From Candidatus Binatia bacterium (lineage in GTDB: Bacteria > Desulfobacterota > Binatia > UBA9968 > JAJDTQ01): a DNA stretch of 64,000 bases. The position numbers were made by a program, and so were the translations under genes. Numbering within the stretch: the first letter of the stretch is position 1; every line of letters begins with the position of its first letter. The notes under the pieces were generated by a model. It did not search any database and was not told the DNA's origin. It worked only from the letters and a program-made list of their open reading frames with translations. The DNA lies in the NCBI GenBank assembly GCA_963666515.2, contig OY762897.2:1472001-1536000 (forward strand), written 5' to 3'. Shown piece after piece: positions 11,221 to 22,693 of this stretch.

Positions 11221-12392
11221 GTCCGCCCCTCTTCCGCCTGTACGGCCTGCACGATCTTCTGCGCCGCGTCGGCGATGGTGTCCGCGGCGATGATGCTCAG
11301 GTCGGACCCGGACAGCAGCTCTCTCCCCTGCTCCACGTTGGTGCCCTGGAGCCGCACCACCAGCGGCACGCTGACGCCGATCTCCCTGGCGGCGTCGATG
11401 ATGCCGGCGGCGATGACGTCGCAGCGCATGATGCCGCCGAAGATGTTCACCAGCACGCCGCGCACCTTGTCGTCCGACAACAGCAGCCGGAAGGCCTGTC
11501 CCACCATCTCCTTGCTGGCGCCGCCGCCCACGTCGAGGAAGTTGGCCGGCATGCCGCCGTACTGCTGGATGATGTCCATGGTGCCCATGGCCAGGCCCGC
11601 GCCGTTGACCATGCAGCCGATGTTGCCGTCCAGGGCCACGTAGGAGATACCCAGGTCCGCGGCCGTGACCTCCTTGGGGTCCTCCTCGTTGACGTCCCGC
11701 AGCTCCGCCACCTCCTTCTGGCGGAAGAGCGCGTTGCCGTCGAAGTTCATTTTGGCGTCCAGCACGAGGAAACGGCCGTCGTCGAGCTGGGCCAGCGGGT
11801 TCACTTCGAGCTGCATGCAGTCGGAGTCCAGGAAAGCCCGGTACAGGGCCTTGAGCAGGGTTCCGAAGGCGCCCACCTCCTTGCCGGAAAGACCCAGGCG
11901 GCCCGCCACCCGGCGGATCTGGAACGGCGCCACCCCTACGAGCGGATCCACCAGTTCGATGATGATCGCGTCGGGGGTCTCCTTGGCCACCTCCTCGATC
12001 TCCATTCCTCCCTCACGGCAGGCGATGACGGCGGGCTGTCCGGCTGCGGCGTCCAGGACGATGCTGCAATAGAGTTCCCTGGCGATCCGCGACGCCTCCT
12101 CCACCCACACGCGCCGGACCACTCTTCCCTCCGGCCCGGTCTGGTGCGTGACCAGGGGCTTGCCCAGGAGACCCTCGGCAAAAGCTTCCGCCTCGTCGGC
12201 CGTGTGGACGACCTTGACTCCGCCGGCCTTGCCTCGCCCGCCGGCGTGGATCTGTGCCTTGACGACGCAGGGAAAGCCGATCTCCTCGGCCGCGGCCCGC
12301 GCCTCGCCGGCCGTGGCCGCCACCCGTCCCCCGGGCACGGCCACGCCGAACCGCGCAAGCCACTCTTTCGCCTGGTATTCGTGAATGTTCAT
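11217..12392 (-). CDS. sucC: Succinyl-CoA ligase beta subunit
   Basis: [37 protein letters not shown]. Confidence 0.98.
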   Translation of the reverse strand: MNIHEYQAKEWLARFGVAVPGGRVAATAGEARAAAEEIGFPCVVKAQIHAGGRGKAGGVKVVHTADEAEAFAEGLLGKPLVTHQTGPEGRVVRRVWVEEASRIARELYCSIVLDAAAGQPAVIACREGGMEIEEVAKETPDAIIIELVDPLVGVAPFQIRRVAGRLGLSGKEVGAFGTLLKALYRAFLDSDCMQLEVNPLAQLDDGRFLVLDAKMNFDGNALFRQKEVAELRDVNEEDPKEVTAADLGISYVALDGNIGCMVNGAGLAMGTMDIIQQYGGMPANFLDVGGGASKEMVGQAFRLLLSDDKVRGVLVNIFGGIMRCDVIAAGIIDAAREIGVSVPLVVRLQGTNVEQGRELLSGSDLSIIAADTIADAAQKIVQAVQAEEGRT

Positions 12393-12422
12393 GGAACTGC
12401 TGAAATCACGCGCCGCACCGCT

Positions 12423-12524
12423 CCGTCATTCCGGCGAAAGCCGGAATCCAGGGGGTGGGGCCGGACGGGGCGCTACCGCCTCTCCCTCACCCGCCCTGGA
12501 TTCCGGCTTCCGCCGGAATGACGG
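12423..12524. repeat. REP doublet (two inverted ~31-bp palindromic units)
   Basis: CCGTCATTCCGGCGAAAGCCGGAATCCAGGG at 12423-12453 and its near-perfect inverse at 12494-12524, in the mdh-sucC spacer. Confidence 0.85.
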
Positions 12525-12527
12525 GTT

Positions 12528-13484
<957 letters not shown>

Positions 13485-14747
13485 TTACATGTTGGAGACG
13501 ATGGCGTCGCCGAACTCCGAGCACTTGAGCAGCTTGGCGCCGGTCATGAGCCGCTCGAAATCGTAGGTCACGGTCTTCTGCGCGATGGTCTCCTCCAGGC
13601 CCTGGATCACCAGGTCCGCGGCTTCGTCCCAGCCCAGGTGACGCAGCATCATCTCGCCGGAAAGGATCACCGAGCCGGGGTTGACCTTGTCCTGGCCGGC
13701 GTACTTGGGCGCGGTGCCGTGGGTAGCCTCGAACAGGGCGTGGCCGCTGTCGTAGTTGATGTTGCCGCCCGGGGCGATGCCGATGCCGCCCACCTGGGCC
13801 GCCAGCGCGTCCGAGATGAGGTCGCCGGTGAGGTTCATGGTGGGGATCACGTCGAACTCGTCGGGACGGGTGAGGATCTGCTGCAGGAACGCGTCAGTGA
13901 TGGCGTCCTTGATGAGGATCTGGCCCTCGTCCGGCCGGCCGCCACAGTCCTCCCACGACACCACCTTGTCGCCGAACTCGCGCTTGGCGAGCGCGTAGCC
14001 CCAGCGCATGAAGGCGCCCTCGGTGTACTTCTGGATGTTGCCCTTGTGCACCAGCGTGACGTTGCGGCGGTTGTGGTCCACGGCGTAGCGGATGGCCGCG
14101 CGGATGAGCCGCTCCGAGCCCTCGATGGAGATGGGCTTGATGCCGATGCTGGCGGTGTCGGGAAAGCGGATGCTCTTGACCCCCATCTCTTCGCGCAGGA
14201 ACTTGACCACCTTCTCGGCCTCGGGGGTGCCGGTCTCCCACTCGATGCCGGCGTAGATGTCCTCGGTGTTCTCGCGGAAGATCACCATGTCCACCAGGTG
14301 AGGCCGCACCACCGGCGACGGCACGCCCTTGAAGTAGCGCACGGGCCGGAGGCAGACGTAGAGGTCCAGGACTTGGCGCAGGGTCACGTTGAGGCTGCGG
14401 AAGCCCTCGCCCACCGGGGTGGTCAGGGGACCCTTGATGGCCACGAGGTACTCGCGGATGACGTCCACGGTCTCCTGCGGCAGCAGGCTCGGCGGACAGT
14501 CGTCGCCGTAGACCGCCTCGGCCTTCTCGCCGGCGTAGACCTCCATCCAGGAGATCTTCTTCTTGCCGCCGTAGGCCTTCGCCACCGCGCCGTCCAGCAC
14601 CCGCACCGCGGCCGCCCAGATGTCGACACCGATGCCGTCGCCTTCGATGAACGGGATGATGGGATTGTCGGGGACCTGCAGCTTGCCGCCGGAAAGCGAG
14701 ACCTTCGCCCCTTCGGACGGCACATTGACGTGTAGATAGCTTGCCAT
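13485..14747 (-). CDS. icd: NADP-dependent isocitrate dehydrogenase
   Basis: [39 protein letters not shown]. Confidence 0.97.
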   Translation of the reverse strand: MASYLHVNVPSEGAKVSLSGGKLQVPDNPIIPFIEGDGIGVDIWAAAVRVLDGAVAKAYGGKKKISWMEVYAGEKAEAVYGDDCPPSLLPQETVDVIREYLVAIKGPLTTPVGEGFRSLNVTLRQVLDLYVCLRPVRYFKGVPSPVVRPHLVDMVIFRENTEDIYAGIEWETGTPEAEKVVKFLREEMGVKSIRFPDTASIGIKPISIEGSERLIRAAIRYAVDHNRRNVTLVHKGNIQKYTEGAFMRWGYALAKREFGDKVVSWEDCGGRPDEGQILIKDAITDAFLQQILTRPDEFDVIPTMNLTGDLISDALAAQVGGIGIAPGGNINYDSGHALFEATHGTAPKYAGQDKVNPGSVILSGEMMLRHLGWDEAADLVIQGLEETIAQKTVTYDFERLMTGAKLLKCSEFGDAIVSNM

Positions 14748-14879
14748 GATTCTCCTCTGATCTCTCCTGATCTTTGAGATGTCCCGAGGACCGATCCGGT
14801 CTCGGAGGTCCCGAAGCCGGGCATGAACTCGGCGAGATCAAGCATCCGGTCCGGGCTATGAGCGCGGTTTGACAGATCA

Positions 14880-14908
14880 GGCTTAACCAATCTCCGGCGG
14901 TGAGTCAA
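14880..14908 (-). promoter_or_regulatory. Putative sigma70 promoter of the icd operon
   Basis: Minus strand TTGACT-N17-TAAGCC upstream of icd. Confidence 0.35.
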
Positions 14909-14970
14909 GCGAACGCTCCGCCGCGCGCGGCCCCGGGGCGCGCATGTCATTTCCGGACGAACCCGTTATA

Positions 14971-14991
14971 TTGACCGACTGTTGACCGACT
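14971..14991. promoter_or_regulatory. Direct repeat TTGACCGACT x2 (11-bp period), candidate regulator site
   Basis: Perfect 10-mers at 14971-14980 and 14982-14991 between the divergent icd and ccmA. Confidence 0.4.
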
Positions 14992-15041
14992 TGGATCGCG
15001 TGGAGGGGACTTGGCGCGGCGTTCCTGCCCGGAGGGTGGTC

Positions 15042-15761
15042 TTGAGCGTGCGGATGGACAGGGTGTCGAAGGTTTACGGGCTCCTGTGGGCCTTGAGAGA
15101 GGTGCGGCTGGAGCTTGAACCCGGTGAGTGGGTGGCGCTCCTGGGGCCCAACGGCGCCGGGAAGACCACGCTCCTGAGGCTTCTGGCCGCCTTGGCCTAC
15201 CCCACCGCCGGCGCCGTCGAGTTGTTCGGACAGCCGCTCCCCTACGGCAATTCCCCGTTGCGCGGAAAGATCGGGTTCCTTGCCTCGGGCGGACATCTGT
15301 ACGACAACCTGACCGTGAGCGAGAACTTGCGGTTCTTCGTCTCGCTGTATCGCGGGGACGCCACCGCGGAAGAGCGCCGGGCGGTGCTGGACGAGGTGGG
15401 GCTGCACGAGAAGACCGGCGAATACGTCTCCACGCTGTCCCTGGGCATGCGCTGCCGGCTGGCCGTCGCCAAGTGGCGGCTCGTGAAGCCCAGGCTGCTG
15501 CTGGTGGACGAGCCCTACGGCGCGCTGGACCCCTCCGGCGTGGACATGCTGAACCGCTTCCTGGAATCGCTGTGCGCCGCCGGCGGCATCGTGGTGCTGG
15601 CCACCCACGACGTGCCGCGGGTCCTCGAACGGTGTTCCAGGGCGGTGATCCTCAGCCGGGGACGGGTGGTCTTCGACGAGCCCCGGCAGGACCCCTGGGA
15701 CAGCTTCCACACGGCCTTCAACGGCGTCGTTTCTTCCCAGGACACGGGCGGCCCGCGTTGA
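15042..15761 (+). CDS. ccmA: Heme ABC exporter ATP-binding protein
   Basis: GPNGAGKT, LSLGM signature, VDEP; first gene of the ccm operon; start uncertain (14982-15054). Confidence 0.9.
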   Translation: MSVRMDRVSKVYGLLWALREVRLELEPGEWVALLGPNGAGKTTLLRLLAALAYPTAGAVELFGQPLPYGNSPLRGKIGFLASGGHLYDNLTVSENLRFFVSLYRGDATAEERRAVLDEVGLHEKTGEYVSTLSLGMRCRLAVAKWRLVKPRLLLVDEPYGALDPSGVDMLNRFLESLCAAGGIVVLATHDVPRVLERCSRAVILSRGRVVFDEPRQDPWDSFHTAFNGVVSSQDTGGPR

Positions 15762-16438
15762 CCGGCGTCCTGAGACAGGTCTACTGGCTCCTCTGGAAGG
15801 ACTTCCTGCTGGAGGTGCGCCGGCGCGACAACCTGCTGTCGATGTTCTTCTTCGGCCTGTCCCTGCTCTTCCTCTTCTCGTTCGCCTTCGAGATCACCCG
15901 CGACAACGTCTCGCGCATGGCGCCGGGACTGCTGTGGCTGGCCTTCATGTTCAGCGGCACCCTGGCCCTGGGGCAGCTTTTCCAGGGCGACCGCGAGAAC
16001 GACTGCCTCGACGCGCTGCTGCTGGCGCCCATGGACCGGGGCGCCTACTACCTGGCCAAGGTGCTGTTCAACTTTTCGCTCATGCTGCTGCTGGAAGTCT
16101 TCATCCTGCCGCTGTTCGGCATCCTGTTCCGCCTGGACTTCTGGCACCTGCTGCCCGACGTATTCCTCTACACGCTGCTCGGGACCCTGGGCTTCTGCGT
16201 GGTCGGCGTCCTGTTCGCCGCGGTGACGCTGCGCGCCCGTGCGCGGGCCCTGCTGCTGCCGGTGCTGCTCTTTCCCCTGATGATCCCGGTGATCCTGGGC
16301 ACCGTCCGCAGTCTTCAGATCATCCTGGGAGCAGGCGCCGCTCCTGATCTCGTTCCCTGGTTCCGCCTGCTGGTGGGCTTCGACCTGATCTTCATCACCG
16401 CCGGCTTCCTTTTGCTGGAGTGGGTGCTCGACGGCTGA
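15758..16438 (+). CDS. ccmB: Heme exporter permease CcmB
   Basis: Hydrophobic, PGLLWLAF, LLLPVLLFPLMIP; TTG start overlaps the ccmA stop. Confidence 0.9.
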   Translation: MTGVLRQVYWLLWKDFLLEVRRRDNLLSMFFFGLSLLFLFSFAFEITRDNVSRMAPGLLWLAFMFSGTLALGQLFQGDRENDCLDALLLAPMDRGAYYLAKVLFNFSLMLLLEVFILPLFGILFRLDFWHLLPDVFLYTLLGTLGFCVVGVLFAAVTLRARARALLLPVLLFPLMIPVILGTVRSLQIILGAGAAPDLVPWFRLLVGFDLIFITAGFLLLEWVLDG

Positions 16439-16500
16439 TTCCATCCGCAATTGGGAACCGCGGCCCGCCGGTGCTATCATTACGCGGAGAGGGAACGAAC

Positions 16501-16530
16501 CCCTGGATTCCGGCTTTCGCCGGAATGACG
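16501..16530. repeat. REP-like palindromic unit
   Basis: CCCTGGATTCCGGCTTTCGCCGGAATGACG, nearly identical to the 12494-12524 unit. Confidence 0.85.
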
Positions 16531-16564
16531 ATTTCGGGGCCTCCTTTCCATTTCGTAACAGTCC

Positions 16565-17251
16565 ATGGCTAGACGAATTCTCGGTACGCTGGCGCTTCTT
16601 CTGATCGTCACTGGTCTCTATTGGGGGCTGGTGGAGGCGCCGCCGGACGCCCGGCAGGGTGAGACCCAGCGCATCATGTACCTCCACATCCCCAGCATCC
16701 TGGTGGCGTACCTGTCGTTCTTCATCGTGTTCGTGGCGAGCTGCCTCTACCTGTGGAAGGGCGAGCGCCGGGACGACATCCTCGCCCACTCGGCCGCAGA
16801 GATCGGCGTGCTGTTCACCGCCCTGACCATCGTGGAGGGCTCCATCTGGGGCAAGCCCACCTGGGGGGTGTGGTGGACCTGGGACGCCCGGCTGACCCTC
16901 ACCGCCATCCTGCTGCTGATCTTCTCCGGCTACCTGCTGCTCCGGTCGCTGATAGATGACCAGCGGCGCGCGGCCGTATCGGGAGCGATCCTCGGCATCA
17001 TCGGGTTCCTGGACATCCCGCTGATACACATGTCGGTGTACTGGTGGCGCACCCTGCACCAGCCCCCTTCCATCCTGCGCCCGGACAAGGCGCCGTGGGA
17101 CAACATCGATCCGTCCATGCTGTGGCCGCTGGGCATCAACTTTCTGGCGTTCATGGTGCTGTTCTTCTACCTGCTGTCGTTGCGCTTCCACCTGGGGGAG
17201 GTGGAGGACGAAGCGCGCCGAAACCGGCTCTACGACGCCTCGCCGGCTTGA
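16565..17251 (+). CDS. ccmC: Cytochrome c biogenesis protein CcmC
   Basis: WWD motif WGKPTWGVWWTWDARLT, flanking His residues (YLHIP, RTLHQ). Confidence 0.95.
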   Translation: MARRILGTLALLLIVTGLYWGLVEAPPDARQGETQRIMYLHIPSILVAYLSFFIVFVASCLYLWKGERRDDILAHSAAEIGVLFTALTIVEGSIWGKPTWGVWWTWDARLTLTAILLLIFSGYLLLRSLIDDQRRAAVSGAILGIIGFLDIPLIHMSVYWWRTLHQPPSILRPDKAPWDNIDPSMLWPLGINFLAFMVLFFYLLSLRFHLGEVEDEARRNRLYDASPA

Positions 17252-17270
17252 CCCTGGGGAGCGTGGATCC

Positions 17271-17417
17271 ATGGGACACTGGGGTTTCGTTTTTCTCGCC
17301 TACGGCATAGTCTGGTGCAGCATCGCCGTCTATACCCTGCTCCTGAAACGGCGCATCCGGCGGGCCGCGGCGGCCGCGGAGACCCCCCGGAGCGACGACC
17401 GAGGCGAACGCACATGA
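17271..17417 (+). CDS. ccmD: CcmD small membrane protein (48 aa, absent from the ORF track)
   Basis: MGHWGFVFLAYGIVWCSIAVYTLLLKRRIRR... single TM helix with AYG plus basic tail; between ccmC and ccmE; ATGA overlap with ccmE. Confidence 0.85.
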   Translation: MGHWGFVFLAYGIVWCSIAVYTLLLKRRIRRAAAAAETPRSDDRGERT

Positions 17418-17851
17418 AGCCCAGGTATCTCATCGGCGGCCTGATCATCGTCGGCGGGCTGGCCTACCTCATCTACGGCGCCATGCAGGAAGCCGTGGTC
17501 TACTTCGTGACGCCTTCCGAGCTGCGGGCGGAGGTCCCGGACACGGACCAGTTCCTCCGCGTGGGCGGCATGGTCCTCCCCGGCTCCCTCCAGAAGGATC
17601 TCGACCGCCGCACCTTCCGCTTCCGCATCACGGACGGCCAGGAGTCCATCTCCGTGTACTTTCAGGGGGTGCCGCCGGACCTCTTCTCCGAGGGCAAGGG
17701 CGCCGTGGTGGAGGGGCGCCTCGGCGAGGACGGCGTCTTCACCGCCTCCACGGTCATGGCCAAGCACGCCGAGGAGTACAGCCCGCACCCGGAAGGCGAA
17801 GACCCCGCCAGGAAACGGAGCTTCGTGCCCGCGCGGCCCGCGGGCGGCTAG
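17414..17851 (+). CDS. ccmE: Heme chaperone CcmE
   Basis: RVGGMV, PDLFSEG, AKHAEEY (HxxxY). Confidence 0.95.
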   Translation: MKPRYLIGGLIIVGGLAYLIYGAMQEAVVYFVTPSELRAEVPDTDQFLRVGGMVLPGSLQKDLDRRTFRFRITDGQESISVYFQGVPPDLFSEGKGAVVEGRLGEDGVFTASTVMAKHAEEYSPHPEGEDPARKRSFVPARPAGG

Positions 17852-17872
17852 TGTCCCGTCCGGTCAATTCGC

Positions 17873-19837
17873 ATGACCGCCATCCTGGGACATAGCTGCG
17901 TCCTCCTGGCGCTGGCGCTGGCGCTGTGGGGCATCGCGGCCCCGGTCCTTCACGCGCGCACGGGCAACCGGCGCTTCCATGACTCCGCCCGCTACGCCAT
18001 CGCCGGCCAGTTCCTGCTCGTGACCGCGGCCTCCGCGGCGTTGATCTACGCCCTGGTGGCCACCGACTTCTCCATCCGCTACGTGGCCTTCAACACCACC
18101 CGGGCCACCCCCGTCTACTACCGAGTCACCGGGCTGTGGGGCGCTCTGGAAGGGTCGCTGCTCCTGTGGGAGTGGATACTGATCATCTTCTCGGCGCTGG
18201 TGGCGTGGAGCTACCGCAGGCGCATGCAGGAGTTCATGCCCTGGGTGCTGATGGTGTTCTCCATCGTGTCGGCGTTCTTCCTTGCGGTCATCGGTTTTGC
18301 CTCCAACCCCTTCGAGACCCACTTTCCCGTGCCCGTCGACGGCCGGGGGCTCAACCCGCTCCTGGAAGACGCCAACATGCTGAGCCACCCGCCGCTCCTC
18401 TACACCGGGTTCGTGGGGCTCACGGTGCCGTTCGCCTTCGCCATGGCCGCGCTCATCCGCGGCAAGCTGGACCACGGCTGGATCGTCGCCACCCGGCGCT
18501 GGACCATCACCGCCTGGTTCTTCCTCACCCTGGGCAACCTGGTGGGAGCATGGTGGTCCTACCACGTGCTCGGCTGGGGCGGTTACTGGGCCTGGGATCC
18601 GGTGGAGAACGCCGCCTTCATGCCCTGGCTTCCGGCCACTGCGTTCCTGCACTCGGTGCAGGTCCAGGAACGGCGCGGCATGCTCAAGACCTGGAACCTG
18701 CTGCTGATCATCATCGCCTTCAGCCTCACCATCTTCGGGACGTTTCTCACGCGCTCGGGTATCCTTTCCTCGATCCACGCCTTTTCCTCCGGCCCGGTGG
18801 GGATGTACTTCCTGGGGTTCCTCGCCTTCGTGCTGATCTCGTCCCTGGGACTGCTGGCTTGGCGCAGCGAACAGCTTCGCGGGCAGCCCGAGCTGGACTC
18901 CGTGGTGAGCCGGGAATCGGCCTTCGTGCTGAACAACGTGGTGTTCGTGTCCGCGCTGTTCACCATCTTCCTCGGCACGGTCTTTCCGCTGCTGTCCCAG
19001 GCCGTGGCCGGGGTCCAGGTGAGCGTCGGCGCGCCGTACTTCAACAGCGTGACGGCGCCCCTGTTCCTGCTGCTGGTCTTCCTCATGGGAGTGGGTCCGC
19101 TCATTGCCTGGCGGCGTGCTTCCTGGGACAACCTCAAGCGGAACTTCACCTGGCCGACGGCGGCGTCCCTGGCTGTGGCCGTGGGGTTGTTCGCCGGCGG
19201 CGTCCGCGGCTTCCTCTCGCTGCTGGGCTTCACCCTGTGCGCCTTCACGGTCTGGACCATGGTCTTCGACACCTTTCTCTCCCTGCGCGCACGCCGCCGG
19301 CAGGCCGGAGAGGGGCCGTTGCGCGGGCTCGCCACCCTGGTCCGGCGCAACCAGCGCCGCTACGGCGGCTTCGTGGTGCACCTGGGAGTGGTGCTGGTGG
19401 TGCTGGGCATCGCCGGTTCCATGACCTACAGCATCGAGCGCGAGGCCACCCTGAGCGTCGGAGAGACCCTCCAGGCAGGACCTTACCGGGTGGCCTTCGA
19501 GGGGCTGCGGGGCTCCCAGCAGCCCACCCACTACCGGGTGGAGGGCGCGTTCAGGGTGTCACAGAACGGCGATGACCTGGGGCGCCTGTCGCCGGCGTTG
19601 AAGTTCTTCCCCATACAGGACTCGCCCATCGGCCGGGCGGTCTTCAGGAGCACGCTCAAGGAAGACCTCTACCTGATCCTCTCGGGTTTCAGCGAGGTGG
19701 ACCAGAACCGGGCCACCCTCAAAGTGCTGATCCGTCCGCTGGTGCTGTGGATCTGGCTCGGCGGAGCCGTCATGACCCTCGGCACGCTCATGACCATCCT
19801 GCCCCTGGGCAGGGGTCGCGCGGAGGCTGAAGCGTGA
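17873..19837 (+). CDS. ccmF: Heme lyase CcmF
   Basis: HPPLLY, WGGYWAWDPVEN, SIHAF. Confidence 0.97.
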   Translation: MTAILGHSCVLLALALALWGIAAPVLHARTGNRRFHDSARYAIAGQFLLVTAASAALIYALVATDFSIRYVAFNTTRATPVYYRVTGLWGALEGSLLLWEWILIIFSALVAWSYRRRMQEFMPWVLMVFSIVSAFFLAVIGFASNPFETHFPVPVDGRGLNPLLEDANMLSHPPLLYTGFVGLTVPFAFAMAALIRGKLDHGWIVATRRWTITAWFFLTLGNLVGAWWSYHVLGWGGYWAWDPVENAAFMPWLPATAFLHSVQVQERRGMLKTWNLLLIIIAFSLTIFGTFLTRSGILSSIHAFSSGPVGMYFLGFLAFVLISSLGLLAWRSEQLRGQPELDSVVSRESAFVLNNVVFVSALFTIFLGTVFPLLSQAVAGVQVSVGAPYFNSVTAPLFLLLVFLMGVGPLIAWRRASWDNLKRNFTWPTAASLAVAVGLFAGGVRGFLSLLGFTLCAFTVWTMVFDTFLSLRARRRQAGEGPLRGLATLVRRNQRRYGGFVVHLGVVLVVLGIAGSMTYSIEREATLSVGETLQAGPYRVAFEGLRGSQQPTHYRVEGAFRVSQNGDDLGRLSPALKFFPIQDSPIGRAVFRSTLKEDLYLILSGFSEVDQNRATLKVLIRPLVLWIWLGGAVMTLGTLMTILPLGRGRAEAEA

Positions 19838-20403
19838 CCCCCGCGGCGCGAAGACTCCTGTTCACCCTCATGGGGGTGGGGCTCGTGGTGATCCTGCTGG
19901 GCTACGGCTTCTACCAGGACCCCCGTTACATCCCCTCGCCCCTGGTAGGCCGCACCGCTCCAGACTTTTCCCTGGAGCTGTTCAACGGCGAGACGGTGCG
20001 CCTGTCCGAGCTTCGCGGCAAGACGGTGATGCTCGATTTCTGGGCCTCGTGGTGCGTGCCGTGCCGCGAGGAGGCCCGGGACCTGGAGGCGGCCTGGAAG
20101 CGGCAGGGTCACGACATCGTATTTCTCGGTATCAACATCCAGGACAGTAAGCCGGACGCCCTCAAGTTCATCGAAGAGTTCGGCATCACCTTTCTCAACG
20201 GCCAGGACCCCGACGGCAAGGTCTCGGTGGACTACGGCGTCTGGGGCATCCCTGAAGCCTTCTTCATCAGCCCCGCCGGAAGGATCACCTACAAGCACAT
20301 CGGCGCGATTCCGCCGCCGGTGCTGGCGGCCAAGTTGCAGGAGGCCCGACGCGACCTCGTCAGCACCGGCAGCGGCCGCGGCGAACACCAGGCCATACGA
20401 TGA
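19834..20403 (+). CDS. ccmG: Thiol:disulfide oxidoreductase CcmG/TlpA
   Basis: N-terminal TM helix, WASWCVPC, GIPE. Confidence 0.88.
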   Translation: MTPAARRLLFTLMGVGLVVILLGYGFYQDPRYIPSPLVGRTAPDFSLELFNGETVRLSELRGKTVMLDFWASWCVPCREEARDLEAAWKRQGHDIVFLGINIQDSKPDALKFIEEFGITFLNGQDPDGKVSVDYGVWGIPEAFFISPAGRITYKHIGAIPPPVLAAKLQEARRDLVSTGSGRGEHQAIR

Positions 20404-21974
20404 AAATGCGAGTCACTACGGCGATTTGGGCTCTCATTCTCACGCTGGGCTTGAACGTTCACGCGGACCAGATACTGGAGGATCAGGTACGCGCCATCGC
20501 CTCGGAGCTCCGTTGCGTGGTGTGCCAGAACCTGTCCGTCGCCGACTCCCCGGCCGAGATGGCGGTGCAGATGCGCGGCATCGTGCGGCAGCAACTCCAG
20601 GCCGGCAAGACCCCGGACGAGATCCGCAGCTACTTCGTCTCCAAGTACGGCGAATGGGTCCTGCTGGCGCCGCCGGCTCACGGCTTCAATCTCACCGTAT
20701 GGATCCTGCCCTTCGCCGTCCTGCTCGGCGGACTCGGCTTCGCGTTGTGGTACCTTCGCCGATGGAGCGGCCGCCGGAGGGACGATCCGGATGAGCCCCT
20801 GGACCCGGAGCTGCTGGAGCGGGTCCGCGCCGAGGCCGCCGAAGCCGGGGCGGAGCCGGGACAATCACCGCCGGACGAGGAACAGCTCCGGCTCTACCAG
20901 GACCTCCGTGAGCTTGACTTCGACCACGAGGCCGGCAAGCTTTCGGAAGCCGACTACGAGGCGCTCAGGCAGCGCTATGAACGCCAGGCCGTGCGCCGGC
21001 TCGCGGAGACCCGCGAAAGCACGGCCGCGGTCCCGGAGACCGAGATGACGCAGACGATCCGTGCCAAAGGCGGCAGACGAGGCTGGGCGCTGGCCGCATG
21101 GGCGGTGGTGCTGCTGGCGGGCGGCGTCACCTTGGGCGTCCTGCTGGGGCAGTCCCTGCGGCCCCGGACCTCTACCGAGGACAGCATCACCGGCGACTTT
21201 CTGACCGGAACCGGCCCCGGCGGCATCGCCCGCCCGGGAGCGTCGGAAACACCGGCGGCGGCCCTGCGCCGGGGACAGGAAGCCTTCCAGCGGAAAGATT
21301 TCAAGAGCGCCATCGACGCCTTCCGTGCCGTCCTGGACCAAGACCCCGACCATCCCCTGGCCAACGCCTACATGGGAATGATCCTGGCCCAGGCCGGTCA
21401 TACCGACGCCGCCCTGAAGGCCCTCGACCGGGCCCTGTCCCGTACTCCCAACCTGCCCCTGGCCTTGTGGGCCAAGGGCATGATCCTTTTCCAGGAGGGG
21501 CGCGACCCGGCGGGCGCCCGGGAACACCTCCAACGCCTGGAGCGGCTGCTTCCGGAGGGCGGGCAGCGGGACTCCGTCCGCGACATCATCGCGCGGATCG
21601 GTCGGCAGCAGAAGGAACCGCCCGCGGCGTCGGCGGGGCCGCGGATCGAGGGCACCGTCCGGCTGGACCCAGAGCGCCCGGCCAAGGCCAGCGGACGCGC
21701 CGTCCTCTACATCGTCGCCAGACCTGCCGGAGCACAAGGCGGCCCTCCCCTAGCGGTCAAGCGCATCGCCGCGCCCGCCTTCCCGGTGTCCTTCTCCTTG
21801 GGTGCCGGCGACGTCATGATGCCGGGGGCGTCCTTCGAGGGGCCGCTGAATCTAAACGCGCGGCTGGACCGGGACGGCGATCCCCTTACAAGGGAAGCCG
21901 GAGAGCTGGCTGGCGTGCATGACGGGAACCCAGTGGAGCCGGGCGCCCGGGACGTCGTCATCACGCTGAAGTAG
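20400..21974 (+). CDS. ccmH: Fused CcmH + CcmI (TPR) cytochrome c biogenesis protein
   Basis: LRCVVCQ redox motif, 'DFDHEAGKLSEADY' CcmI segment, TPR-like helices, C-terminal 'PPLAVKR...FSLG' domain. Confidence 0.88.
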   Translation: MKMRVTTAIWALILTLGLNVHADQILEDQVRAIASELRCVVCQNLSVADSPAEMAVQMRGIVRQQLQAGKTPDEIRSYFVSKYGEWVLLAPPAHGFNLTVWILPFAVLLGGLGFALWYLRRWSGRRRDDPDEPLDPELLERVRAEAAEAGAEPGQSPPDEEQLRLYQDLRELDFDHEAGKLSEADYEALRQRYERQAVRRLAETRESTAAVPETEMTQTIRAKGGRRGWALAAWAVVLLAGGVTLGVLLGQSLRPRTSTEDSITGDFLTGTGPGGIARPGASETPAAALRRGQEAFQRKDFKSAIDAFRAVLDQDPDHPLANAYMGMILAQAGHTDAALKALDRALSRTPNLPLALWAKGMILFQEGRDPAGAREHLQRLERLLPEGGQRDSVRDIIARIGRQQKEPPAASAGPRIEGTVRLDPERPAKASGRAVLYIVARPAGAQGGPPLAVKRIAAPAFPVSFSLGAGDVMMPGASFEGPLNLNARLDRDGDPLTREAGELAGVHDGNPVEPGARDVVITLK

Positions 21975-22046
21975 TGATCTGCAACAACTGATCTTGTATC
22001 AAGTCAACGACTGGGGTCCGGTAATCCACCCCGCCTATCCCCACCG

Positions 22047-22076
22047 CTGGACCCCGGGTCAAGGCCGGGGTGACGG
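22047..22076. repeat. REP-like palindrome / possible bidirectional terminator
   Basis: CTGGACCCCGGGTCAAGGCCGGGGTGACGG between convergent genes. Confidence 0.55.
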
Positions 22077-22103
22077 GATGTGTTCGGCGGGTACGGAGGC
22101 GGA

Positions 22104-22580
22104 TCAGTCCGCTTCGGGAAGCCGCTGATACTTGCCTTTGAAGAAGAGCAGCGGGCGGTCGCCCGCGGCCTGGGCGTGGATCACCTCGCCGAGGTAGATG
22201 GTGTGGTCGCCGCCGTCGTAGCCCTGGGTGACCGTGCACTCGATGTGCCCGATGGTCTCGTCCAGCACCGGGATGCCGTTGTCGCTCATGTGCCAGGCGG
22301 CATCCTGGAACTTCTCGATGCCCTTGGTGGCGAAGCGGTTGGCCAAGTGCTCCTGGTGCTCACCCAACAGGTTGACGGCGAACACGCGGGAATCCTCGAA
22401 ACAGTCGTAGCAGTTGGCCTTCTTGTCGATGCACACCAGCACCAGCGGCGGGTTCAGGGAAAGGGACGAGAAGGCGTTGGCGGTGATGCCGGTGGGGACT
22501 CCGGCCTTGTCCTTGGTGGTGACGATGGTCACTCCGGTGGCGAAGTGCCCCATCACGTGCCGGATCTCGCGTGCGTCCAT
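22104..22580 (-). CDS. Flavin reductase family protein
   Basis: FATGVTIVT, SLSLNPPLV, GGDHTIYLG. Confidence 0.92.
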   Translation of the reverse strand: MDAREIRHVMGHFATGVTIVTTKDKAGVPTGITANAFSSLSLNPPLVLVCIDKKANCYDCFEDSRVFAVNLLGEHQEHLANRFATKGIEKFQDAAWHMSDNGIPVLDETIGHIECTVTQGYDGGDHTIYLGEVIHAQAAGDRPLLFFKGKYQRLPEAD

Positions 22581-22693
22581 GGGGCACGGGGTAACAGACC
22601 GGGCGCCGCATTGTCAATCACCGCCACGGGCGGGGGCAGGCACGGGAATCGTGGCTGGAGATGAGGCGTGATGAACGGACCGCCGGGCCGGCT

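Noticed and set aside
12423-12524. CRISPR array
   Set aside because: Only two units, in inverted orientation, with no spacer series or cas genes; fits REP elements
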